From the NCBI GenBank assembly GCA_030835025.1, contig JAUQWS010000023.1, positions 150,458 to 214,457 on the forward strand: a stretch of DNA of 64,000 nucleotides. Direction: 5' to 3'. Source of the DNA: Ignavibacteria bacterium (GTDB lineage: Bacteria; Bacteroidota; Ignavibacteria; Tepidaquicellales; OLB5). Under the pieces are notes generated by a model that did no database searches, was not told the origin of the DNA, and saw nothing but the letters and a program-made list of their open reading frames with translations. The stretch's first letter is position 1; each line of letters opens with the position of its first letter. Positions 19,840 to 28,202 of the stretch are shown in pieces. A program made the position numbers and the translations under genes.

Positions 19840-21252
19840 TTGAAGTTAACCGTAAAAATATTGCTCCTGCTGTTTGCTCCTTTGATCCTGCACGCCCAAA
19901 ATGATTCACTTGAGAAAGTCATTAAGCAAAACGAGAAGGCAATTGATACCCTTAACCTCAAAGTGAATAACATAATTGTGACCGGCAATGATGTCACAAA
20001 ACAGGAAATTATTCTGCGGGAAATGAATCTCAAAAGAGGCAGCCGGTTCACTTTGAGAAAGTATTCAGAAGATGTAATGAACATCTATAACCTTGGACTG
20101 TTCACAAAAGTGGATATTTACCCGATTCCACAGGCTGAAAGAGAAATAACTCTTGACGTTGATGTGAAAGAACGCTGGTACATACTGCCGCTTCCGAATG
20201 CAGGAATTGAAGAAGGTGAATGGAGTAAAATATGGGCAAGCCTGAATCTGCGGTGGGATAACTTCAGAGGGAGGAATGAAAGCGTAAACCTTGTAACAAG
20301 AATATTCTACAATCCATCGGTGAGTGCAAGATATTATGTACCCTGGGTTGGAGAAAAACTGCATCTGTTTATGGGACTGGGCGGAGAGTGGAAAAGGAAC
20401 AGGAATCAGAGCCTTAAAGCGGTTGGAAGAGAAAGCGGAACAAACACAATTGATTTCCACGAGAAGAACTATGAGAACATCCAGTATAAGGGCGAGTTCA
20501 CCCTGGGCAGATATTTCGGGAAGCATTTTGCAGTATTTACTGATTACCGTTTCAATTATCTCAAAGTCTCAGAATTCGCACCGGGCAGAACATTATCTCC
20601 AACCGGAATAGACAGATATCTTACTCTTGGGGCCGGAATTTTTTATGATACCCGTGACATAATTGAATATGCAACCAAAGGAGTATATTTTAAAACTTCA
20701 TACAACAGGTACGGTTTTATTGATAAGGAAATAGATTTTGGCAGATACACAATAGAGAACCAAAGCTTTATCCCGCTGCACTTTACAAAGAATTACTACG
20801 TTACGTTTGCATCCAAATTCTTTACCAGCTTTGCAATCGGGGCTGTCATCCCGATTTATAATCATGAATACCTTGGCTACAGCGATGATTATATTCGGGG
20901 CTGGAAAGGCCAGGCATTTGAAGGCGATGATGTATTCACTTTATATAACGAGATCAGAATTCCGATCATATCACCAAGATACATAAAAGGCGCCCAGATG
21001 CCTGTGGTTCGGGATATTCCAATAGTAAAGAATCTTGATATCAGGCACGGGCTCTATCTGACCATAATATATGATATCGGGACAGTTTGGTATAAACATG
21101 AAAGTATTAACGATAAGAGATTCCTCTCCGGGGCAGGTATTGGAGTAAATGTAATTGCTCCTTTTGGCTACGTGCTTCGCGCTGACTGGGTTTTCAGGCT
21201 GGGTAAACCGACTGTCGGGCAGATCGGCTTCAGCCTGAGCGCAAAATTCTAA
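19840..21252 (+). CDS. Omp85/BamA-family outer-membrane protein (one POTRA plus a beta-barrel)
   Basis: 470 aa with a signal peptide (LILHAQ) and a POTRA-like VTGNDVTKQEIILREMNLKRGSRF segment. The barrel ends with ...FSLSAKF. Confidence 0.75.
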   Translation: MKLTVKILLLLFAPLILHAQNDSLEKVIKQNEKAIDTLNLKVNNIIVTGNDVTKQEIILREMNLKRGSRFTLRKYSEDVMNIYNLGLFTKVDIYPIPQAEREITLDVDVKERWYILPLPNAGIEEGEWSKIWASLNLRWDNFRGRNESVNLVTRIFYNPSVSARYYVPWVGEKLHLFMGLGGEWKRNRNQSLKAVGRESGTNTIDFHEKNYENIQYKGEFTLGRYFGKHFAVFTDYRFNYLKVSEFAPGRTLSPTGIDRYLTLGAGIFYDTRDIIEYATKGVYFKTSYNRYGFIDKEIDFGRYTIENQSFIPLHFTKNYYVTFASKFFTSFAIGAVIPIYNHEYLGYSDDYIRGWKGQAFEGDDVFTLYNEIRIPIISPRYIKGAQMPVVRDIPIVKNLDIRHGLYLTIIYDIGTVWYKHESINDKRFLSGAGIGVNVIAPFGYVLRADWVFRLGKPTVGQIGFSLSAKF

Positions 21253-21259
21253 TAAGGCA

Positions 21260-21967
21260 ATGGAATACTATTACACTCCAAAAGAATATATTTCAAGCTC
21301 TTCACTCACAATAATTGATGATGAAGCAAAGCATGTTGCACGGGTTTTAAGAAAACAGCCGGGTGCAGAGATATTTGTAACGGACGGCGAAGGTAATGTT
21401 TACAGAACTCTAATAACAAATATTTCAAAGGAGCTCATTAATTGTGATGTTCTCGAAAAACATTATATGCTTAATGAACCATCAAGGAAACTGAAACTCT
21501 ACCAGTCATTGATCAAAAATCCCGACCGTTTTGAGTTCGTGATCGAAAAATCCGCAGAGCTTGGTGTTTGTGAAATACAGCCTGTCATAACTCAGAATGT
21601 TGTTAACAAAACCACGGACAAGACTGAGCGCTGGCAAACTATCGCGCTTGCAGCAATGAAGCAGTCTCAGCGCTGCGTATTGCCAAAGGTCTTAGATCCA
21701 AAGGTATTTGAAGAATGCATTAATTCATCTGCTGGTGAACTGAAGCTGCTTGCTGATGAACGGAACAATACAAATTCCGTTGAACCAAAGGAACTTGGAG
21801 ATGTTGCAGAAACTGTGGATATCTTTATCGGTCCGGAAGGCGGGTTTACCCCGGACGAAGTAATGTATGCAGAGTCAAAAGGGTTTAGAATCCTGAACCT
21901 GGGTAAAAGGAAGTTCAGAAGTGAAACTGCTGCCATTCTTTGCACAGGGCTTTTGCTCGCAAGTTGA
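21260..21967 (+). CDS. rsmE: 16S rRNA (uracil1498-N3)-methyltransferase
   Basis: 235 aa with a PUA-like N-terminus (DEAKHVARVLRKQPGAEI) and the C-terminal GPEGGFTPDEV SPOUT motif. Confidence 0.85.
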   Translation: MEYYYTPKEYISSSSLTIIDDEAKHVARVLRKQPGAEIFVTDGEGNVYRTLITNISKELINCDVLEKHYMLNEPSRKLKLYQSLIKNPDRFEFVIEKSAELGVCEIQPVITQNVVNKTTDKTERWQTIALAAMKQSQRCVLPKVLDPKVFEECINSSAGELKLLADERNNTNSVEPKELGDVAETVDIFIGPEGGFTPDEVMYAESKGFRILNLGKRKFRSETAAILCTGLLLAS

Positions 21968-22015
21968 GAGATTTTCTTAATATCATTATATTCGCAAAAC
22001 TCAATTGATAAATCT

Positions 22016-22924
22016 TTGAAAGAACAGTTCAGGAAAATCGTTGAATCGAAGTGGTTCCAGAATTTCATAATTCTGGTTATACTTTCGGCCGGTGTAGTTG
22101 TAGGGCTTGAAACATACCCATCAGTTATGCAGGATTATGCAGGCGTGCTGCATATTCTGGATAAGCTGATACTTTCTATCTTCGTGGTAGAAATAATTCT
22201 CAAGATGGGAGCAAAAGGCTCAAAACCCTGGGAATATTTCTACGACGGCTGGAACGTTTTTGATTTCCTTATTGTAGCAGTATGTTTCCTCCCGATCGGC
22301 GGGGCTTATATTGCGGTATTACGATTGGCAAGGATACTCCGCGTATTCCGTCTGGTTACTGCAATGCCAAAGCTTCAGATACTGGTTGGTGCCCTGCTCA
22401 AAAGTATTCCATCAATGGGTTATGTAGGGCTGTTACTGTTTTTGCTGTTCTATATTTACGCCGTGCTGGGAACATTTATGTTCGGTCAGAATGATCCGAT
22501 ACATTTCGGCAGCCTGCAGGCTTCAATGATGACCCTGTTCAAGACAATAACTCTTGAAGGCTGGATAGATTTCATGAATATCCAGGTGTATGGCTCAAAT
22601 GTCATCGGATACGAGGAATTTCCTGATATGGCACGGACTCCCTCCGCCCATCCGATAGCAGCACCTATTTTTTTCCTCAGCTTTATTCTTCTTGGTACAA
22701 TGATAATGCTTAATCTGTTCATTGGCGTTATCATCAGCGGAATGGAAGAAACAAACCGGGAAGAGGAAATTAAAGAGCTTGCAAAGATAAGGGCTGAAGT
22801 TCACGGTTTGAGTCTGGAAGATGAAATAAACCTGGTCTCAGAAGATATCAATAAGATAAATGACAACCTGAAGCTTCTTAAGAGAAGACTCAATTTAGCA
22901 AGCGTAGAACGCAAACCGCAATAA
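22016..22924 (+). CDS. voltage-gated ion channel of the bacterial NaV (NaChBac) type
   Basis: 302 aa. S4 is LRLARILRVFRLV, the pore is FGSLQASMMTLFKTITLEGWIDFM, and there is a C-terminal coiled coil. The start is TTG. Confidence 0.8.
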   Translation: MKEQFRKIVESKWFQNFIILVILSAGVVVGLETYPSVMQDYAGVLHILDKLILSIFVVEIILKMGAKGSKPWEYFYDGWNVFDFLIVAVCFLPIGGAYIAVLRLARILRVFRLVTAMPKLQILVGALLKSIPSMGYVGLLLFLLFYIYAVLGTFMFGQNDPIHFGSLQASMMTLFKTITLEGWIDFMNIQVYGSNVIGYEEFPDMARTPSAHPIAAPIFFLSFILLGTMIMLNLFIGVIISGMEETNREEEIKELAKIRAEVHGLSLEDEINLVSEDINKINDNLKLLKRRLNLASVERKPQ

Positions 22925-22977
22925 ATCTATTGCAATAACAATACTGCAATAACATTGAAATTTTTGATGATAAACCA

Positions 22978-22985
22978 TATATTTG
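22978..22985 (+). promoter_or_regulatory. candidate -7 promoter box (TATATTTG)
   Basis: TAnnTTTG match 40 nt upstream of the 23025 start. Confidence 0.4.
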
Positions 22986-23024
22986 ATATTCATTCCATAT
23001 AACTACATAATTTTTTAGATAAAT

Positions 23025-24032
23025 ATGCCGGAAATCCTCTTAGAAGTCAAAAACCTTAAGAAATACTTCCCCATCAAAAAGGGACTCTTTTCGAGAACAG
23101 TTGGTAATGTAAAGGCTGTTGATGATGTCTCATTTCAGATAAGAAAAGGTGAAACACTCGGGCTGGTCGGTGAATCCGGATGCGGAAAAACCACAATCGG
23201 CAGGTCACTGCTCAGGCTTATCGAGCCAACCGGCGGAGAAGTGACATTTGAGGGACAGAATGTTATGACAATGGATTCGAAGGACCTAAAGAAGATCCGC
23301 AAGGATATGCAGATAATTTTTCAGGACCCGTACTCTTCTCTTAATCCCAGAATGACAGTCGGCGGGATGATAACAGAGATCCTGAAATTCCACGAGATCT
23401 CCGAGGGCGAAGCTGCAGAAAAGAGAGTTATGGAATTACTGGATACAGTCGGACTTTCAAAACTTCACGCAAGAAGATATCCTCACGAATTTTCCGGCGG
23501 TCAAAGGCAAAGAATAGGCATTGCAAGGGCACTTTCCGTAGAACCGAAGTTCATTGTTTGCGATGAGCCGGTTTCCGCACTGGATGTGTCTATCCAGTCA
23601 CAGATAATAAACCTGCTTCAGGATTTGCAGAATAATTTGGGATTAACTTACCTGTTCATCTCTCATGACCTTTCAGTTGTTGAGCATATTAGCGATAGAG
23701 TTGCTGTAATGTATCTTGGCCAAATCGTTGAAATAGCTGACTGCAAAGAGCTTTACGCTCATACAAAACATCCGTATTCTGAGGCACTGCTTTCTGCAGT
23801 TCCAGTGCCGGACCCGAAGAAGAAACGCAGCAGGATAATCTTAACAGGAGATGTTCCCTCTCCAGCAAATGTTCCGACCGGCTGCTACTTCCATCCGCGC
23901 TGTCCAAAGATCAAAAAGGGAGAGTGCGAACATATTCGCCCCGTACTGGCATCACTGAACCAGACTTCACACGAAGTGAAATGTATCTTATATCCTGAAA
24001 GTTATCCGGTGAAGGATGTGCAGGCAGCGTAA
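23025..24032 (+). CDS. oligopeptide/dipeptide-type ABC transporter ATP-binding protein (OppF/DppF-like)
   Basis: It has Walker [10 protein letters not shown], signature [15 protein letters not shown], Walker [13 protein letters not shown] and the C-terminal CYFHPRCP motif. No permease or substrate-binding gene is adjacent. Confidence 0.85.
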   Translation: MPEILLEVKNLKKYFPIKKGLFSRTVGNVKAVDDVSFQIRKGETLGLVGESGCGKTTIGRSLLRLIEPTGGEVTFEGQNVMTMDSKDLKKIRKDMQIIFQDPYSSLNPRMTVGGMITEILKFHEISEGEAAEKRVMELLDTVGLSKLHARRYPHEFSGGQRQRIGIARALSVEPKFIVCDEPVSALDVSIQSQIINLLQDLQNNLGLTYLFISHDLSVVEHISDRVAVMYLGQIVEIADCKELYAHTKHPYSEALLSAVPVPDPKKKRSRIILTGDVPSPANVPTGCYFHPRCPKIKKGECEHIRPVLASLNQTSHEVKCILYPESYPVKDVQAA

Positions 24033-24079
24033 AAAAACAAAAGCGAGATTGAGGTGATCTAACAGATCACCGGATAAAG

Positions 24080-24107
24080 AGGACGCGAAAGCGTCCTTTT
24101 CTTTTTT
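24080..24107 (+). terminator. rho-independent terminator
   Basis: AGGACGC-GAAA-GCGTCCT followed by TTTTCTTTTTT. Confidence 0.8.
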
Positions 24108-24150
24108 CTTACTGCTTTTAGATTTGCCAATTTGAAACCAGTCATAGAAT

Positions 24151-24933
24151 TCAAAAACGCTCTTTGACTTCCCTGTAAGTACTTACAATATAGTGCTCTC
24201 CATCCGGCCAGAATGTTTCACCTTTTGTCAGCCATGAAACGGCAAAAGCTTCTACAGCAATGGCCTCAAAAATGTAGACTATAGGAATATCCGAAGCTGC
24301 GGTTCTGAAAGCTGGTATCAAAAAATACAAAGCCAGAATGGCAATACTGGACAACATTATCCAGCCGCAAACCCTGTAAACAATATTCCTCTTTTCTTTT
24401 TGAGACCTTTTTTCACCGGGCTTTCTTTTCTGCACATTGCCTGATCTGGTGAAATAGAAAAGTGAAATAATACTTAAAGAGATGAAAAATGTAATTGCAA
24501 ACACAAAGTGCCATTCAATTCCGAAGATCCGTGAAACTTCGAAATCCGCGGGATGAATGGTTTTTGAAGCTCTTTCATATTTTGCAGCTGTGGGAAAAAA
24601 CGCTACTCCTATACCGCAGACAGCGGCAATCGTTGTCCAGAACCTGTCTTTCAATCCGTAACCGTTATATGAAAACAAGAGTACCGCCAGTATGCTTAAG
24701 ATGACAACGAAGATATCTCCGTTGCTTGTGTAGTAGTAATCGCTGATAGATGGCTCTATATACTTGTCACCGTCTTCTTTGAAGGTAAACAAAACCAGGA
24801 TAACCGGCAATAACATCCCGCTGAAGCCGATTAGGTTCCTAAGGGTCTTGTACGAGAAAACAAGATCATTTCTGGATTCCTTTTGCCGGTCTATTACTGC
24901 GCCTTCTCCCGAATGCTTCGTGCTTTCCTTCAT
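24151..24933 (-). CDS. hypothetical polytopic membrane protein
   Basis: 260 aa with about 6 predicted TM segments. It contains an SISDYYYT motif after TM1. The family is uncertain. Confidence 0.55.
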   Translation of the reverse strand: MKESTKHSGEGAVIDRQKESRNDLVFSYKTLRNLIGFSGMLLPVILVLFTFKEDGDKYIEPSISDYYYTSNGDIFVVILSILAVLLFSYNGYGLKDRFWTTIAAVCGIGVAFFPTAAKYERASKTIHPADFEVSRIFGIEWHFVFAITFFISLSIISLFYFTRSGNVQKRKPGEKRSQKEKRNIVYRVCGWIMLSSIAILALYFLIPAFRTAASDIPIVYIFEAIAVEAFAVSWLTKGETFWPDGEHYIVSTYREVKERF

Positions 24934-25091
24934 TTGTGCTAAATATTGTTCCTTTCGGTTTAAAGATCTTCCGGAAATAGGTTTAGTGTCTTAAAGATGG
25001 TATATTACAGCCTGGCTCTAAAGACATTTAGCCCGAAAATAATGCTAAACGGGTTAAATTCTCAATAATAACATCAAAACACACCAAACAT

Positions 25092-25379
25092 ATGAAAATT
25101 GATTTTAAGAAGTTATCCCGAAATGTTGATTTGAACCCAAAGAAACATCATAATACAGTCAATTCTTCCGGAAATGATGCAATAATTAATTCCGAAACCG
25201 GGATCAAGAAACTAATTGAGGATAATGCGGGAATGCTGAATCATCAAGCCGGTTCAACAGATATTAAAATTACCGGCATAGGTAATAGGCTGAAGAAAGC
25301 TGCGGTTGAAAAACTTACTTCCAAAAAAACATTCTCCAGGGATAAATCACACAGGTCACATTATATAACAAAGAAATAA
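25092..25379 (+). CDS. hypothetical small basic protein (weak call)
   Basis: 95-aa ORF in an otherwise unoccupied gap. I recognise no motif. Confidence 0.3.
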   Translation: MKIDFKKLSRNVDLNPKKHHNTVNSSGNDAIINSETGIKKLIEDNAGMLNHQAGSTDIKITGIGNRLKKAAVEKLTSKKTFSRDKSHRSHYITKK

Positions 25380-25431
25380 GAGTTTCAGAATAGAGTAAAG
25401 CAATACTCTCTTACATTTAAGGCTTTTCGAT

Positions 25432-25845
25432 CTATTGTATCATCAATCCATCGACTTCCATCATCATCGGCACAGCTCTTCTTTTTGAAGCCTCAGTCTT
25501 TTCATTGTGAAACCACGCAAAATCAAGGCCGTTCTTATCTGAAACAGATTCAAGCCACTTTTCTTCCAGAGGATGAGCTTCATTATCTGAAAACGCTATA
25601 AACAGGCCGTCTTTGATGAACTTCACTGCCAGTTCCTTAGAGGAAAACTCCGGCAGTTCATCAATTATGTACTTATTTTCCATCAACTGATTGATCGTGT
25701 TGTCGCAAAACTCGCGCTCAAAGCCAAGTGATTTACCGATGCGTTTCATAAGCGCAATTTCGGAATCTGTGATCTTACGGTCACTTCTGATAAGCAGAAG
25801 CAATCCCTTAAAGTAATTGCTTCCGTCCAGTATTGATATCTTCAT
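25432..25845 (-). CDS. TerB-like domain protein
   Basis: The pattern NYFKGLLLLIRSDRKITDSEIALMKRIGKSLGF resembles the TerB fold. I prefer the ATG at 25845, which is preceded by GGAG, over the ORF-track start at 25869. Confidence 0.5.
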   Translation of the reverse strand: MKISILDGSNYFKGLLLLIRSDRKITDSEIALMKRIGKSLGFEREFCDNTINQLMENKYIIDELPEFSSKELAVKFIKDGLFIAFSDNEAHPLEEKWLESVSDKNGLDFAWFHNEKTEASKRRAVPMMMEVDGLMIQ

Positions 25846-25908
25846 AACTCTCCTCAAACATTTAAACAATCCAATTTGAATACTAATTTCACAATCTTCG
25901 TTTGAGAC

Positions 25909-26973
25909 TTACTGCATAGAGATAGTTTCTTTATTGATTTTTTCACCTTTGAAGACTGTCAACAGTCCGATAGCTATTGCAAGTATTATCGGTCCCATAA
26001 ATAGCCCGATTATTCCAAAAAGCTGTATCCCGCCCAGAACGCTGAAAAACACAAAAAGTTCATTCATTTTTGCACGCTGTTTTATCAGCTTGGGCAGCAG
26101 GAAGTTATCTATCATTCCGATCACAAGCGCAGCGTAAGCCGCAAGTACGATGGCCTTCCAGTAGTCACCATAAATAAGCAAAACAATTATTATGGGTACT
26201 GTCACAAAAGCTGTACCTCCGGTCGGGATGAGGGAAAATAGCATTGTAATAAGTCCAAGCAGAACATATGAAGGAATGCCGAGCATCCAGAAGATAATAC
26301 CTGCCAATGTCCCCTGCAAAACGGCAACAAACAATGAACCCCTGATAGTTGCACTTATGAGGTCAGATATTTCGCTGATCAGCTCCCGTGCCTCATTATT
26401 ATCCATTGGCAGAATGCTGGGCATATCCTTTACGATCTTCTCACCATCTCTGAAAAGATAATACATTGCGAAAACAGCAAACATAAAACCCGCTATTGTT
26501 CCGAAAACACCCTCTACAACATACCAGGAAGCAGAGAGCATTATTTCACTGATGCGTGAAGCAAGTGCCTTTATATCTTCAGGCTTTATTGCTTCTTCAA
26601 GATTAACAAATCCGCTTAAGTATTTATACAAATATCCCAGCTGGCTGTGTTCGGGATCAGCAATGAAGTTCTTGAACCAGTCGATTGCAGTACCTGCAAA
26701 TCCCGCAATTTCGTTCACTGCAGCTGCCGATATGAGCATAAGCGGGATAATGAATGTAAGAAATGATACAATAATGGTAATTACAGCGCTTATGCTGTGA
26801 ATTTTAATTTTTGAATGGATCTTCCTGTAGAGGGGGTGGAATATTATGACCAGAATTGCGGACCAGAGAATAACTGACATAAACGGAGCGAACATCAGCC
26901 AGCAAAGATAAAGCAGCAGCCCGGTAATGAACATCAATAGTATGAACTGTGCGATCTTTTTTCTATCGTTCAT
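25909..26973 (-). CDS. AI-2E family transporter (PerM/UPF0118)
   Basis: 354 aa with about 8 TM segments. It has the C-terminal FFSVLGGIQLFGIIGLFMGP motif typical of the family. Confidence 0.8.
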   Translation of the reverse strand: MNDRKKIAQFILLMFITGLLLYLCWLMFAPFMSVILWSAILVIIFHPLYRKIHSKIKIHSISAVITIIVSFLTFIIPLMLISAAAVNEIAGFAGTAIDWFKNFIADPEHSQLGYLYKYLSGFVNLEEAIKPEDIKALASRISEIMLSASWYVVEGVFGTIAGFMFAVFAMYYLFRDGEKIVKDMPSILPMDNNEARELISEISDLISATIRGSLFVAVLQGTLAGIIFWMLGIPSYVLLGLITMLFSLIPTGGTAFVTVPIIIVLLIYGDYWKAIVLAAYAALVIGMIDNFLLPKLIKQRAKMNELFVFFSVLGGIQLFGIIGLFMGPIILAIAIGLLTVFKGEKINKETISMQ

Positions 26974-27046
26974 ATTACGGCTTTTGAATAAATAATTACA
27001 TAATAATAAACAATTTAATTATATGAAAGGGTTCAGAAAAGTATGC

Positions 27047-27409
27047 TTAGTTATTCAGCGGGGATTTCCGGTTATACGCTTTTTCGTCTGATGGCTCAAG
27101 TTCATCAATATGCATTTCCTTTAACAGCCTAACCTCCCTGGCGAAGTCTGCCGATTCATCTTTTTGATCCAGCTCTCCGAGTATTTCGAAAACAAATTTC
27201 TCCTCACCAAATGATTTCCAGTCTTTCTGAAGTTCTGCATTTTGATGGTTACCGTAATTAAGCTGCATCCTGTGCCTGTTGAAGATCTTCTCAAGATCCA
27301 TACTGCTATCAATAAATACTTTGTTATTGATTGTATTCCGTATCTGGAATACACCAATTCTGAACTTCTTCTGTTTATATTCTTCTTTTAATACTTTATT
27401 GGTTTTCAT
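27047..27409 (-). CDS. small GIY-YIG-like domain protein
   Basis: 120 aa. GVFQIRN...NKVFIDSSMDLEKIFNRHRMQLNYGNHQNAELQKDW...FVFEILGE fits the GIY / YIG / Arg / Glu spacing of stand-alone GIY-YIG domains. Confidence 0.5.
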   Translation of the reverse strand: MKTNKVLKEEYKQKKFRIGVFQIRNTINNKVFIDSSMDLEKIFNRHRMQLNYGNHQNAELQKDWKSFGEEKFVFEILGELDQKDESADFAREVRLLKEMHIDELEPSDEKAYNRKSPLNN

Positions 27410-27446
27410 GATATTGAAAACAAGAACTTCAGTCTTTTCGGGACTT

Positions 27447-27905
27447 TCAATCTTCGGGCTTAAAAATAATTATTCCGTAATAATATGTGTTCATTTTGCG
27501 CTTGTTGAAGTTAAGGCACCATTTGGAAAGCTCTTTAGGGGTAAGGTATTTTCTGACTCTCTTCTGCTCGGGATCAATAACTGTAAGATATTTATTCTGA
27601 TACTCTACAACACTTATCCAATGGTCTTCGTGGTCCGTAAGCAGAATAAGCTTGTGACCCTTTTTCAGATTATAGACAACCCTTTGCTTGAACGCGGCTT
27701 CAGTTTTATTATGAAATGCCTTGAAGTCAAAGCCCAGGGCTCTAAGCGCCCTGAATATTTTCTTTTCACTTGTACCGTTCATTCTGTCGCTTCGGGCAAG
27801 CTCCCTTAATTTCCTTTCGGAATATATGAAGCCAAGCGCCAAGAGCGAATTCCTGAGCGAGGCAGGTCCGCACGTAAATTTCGTTTCCTGTTTAAAATAG
27901 GTCAA
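27447..27905 (-). CDS. stand-alone C39-like (papain-fold) cysteine peptidase domain protein
   Basis: 152 aa. It has Q6...C12 (QETKFTCGPASL) and a later DHWISVV...VIDP, the Gln/Cys/His/Asp layout of C39 peptidase domains. Confidence 0.55.
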   Translation of the reverse strand: MTYFKQETKFTCGPASLRNSLLALGFIYSERKLRELARSDRMNGTSEKKIFRALRALGFDFKAFHNKTEAAFKQRVVYNLKKGHKLILLTDHEDHWISVVEYQNKYLTVIDPEQKRVRKYLTPKELSKWCLNFNKRKMNTYYYGIIIFKPED

Positions 27906-28091
27906 TTTTCAGTCCTTATCCGAAAGAGTTTTTGAATCGGACACTCCAAAATAGATTGGGGAAAGTTCAAATAGTATATACTTCTTTTATCATTGAACAC
28001 ACACTGCCCCAAAATCATCTCAAAATGGGGCGTGAACCTGCTATAAAACCAGCATTTACAATATTTTACAGATATTTATTACAGGAATTCT

Positions 28092-28099
28092 TAATTTTG
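28092..28099 (+). promoter_or_regulatory. candidate -7 promoter box (TAATTTTG) for the TonB-dependent receptor
   Basis: TAnnTTTG match about 100 nt upstream of 28203. It overlaps the degenerate element copy on the other strand, so the two interpretations compete. Confidence 0.3.
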
Positions 28100-28130
28100 T
28101 GCAAAACCCTCTAAAAAGGAACTATTTGGT
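28093..28130 (-). promoter_or_regulatory. degenerate sixth copy of the conserved upstream element (see the 53958-61944 copies)
   Basis: The reverse strand reads accaaaTAGTTCCTTTTTagagggTTTTGcACAAaatt. It shares the 12-mer TAGTTCCTTTTT and TTTTG-yACAA with copy C but lacks the TG of TGTAGT and the CATCC block. It sits between divergent genes. Confidence 0.3.
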
Positions 28131-28202
28131 CTGCCGGGGGATTTTAATACCTATAAACCATAAACTGCCTTAAGCTAATCCTGGCTTCTGAAGTTGTCAT
28201 AA

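Noticed and set aside
27279-27809. 176-aa plus-strand ORF.
   Set aside because: It is antisense to the GIY-YIG-like and C39-like genes, both of which have recognisable catalytic motifs. I see no motif of its own.
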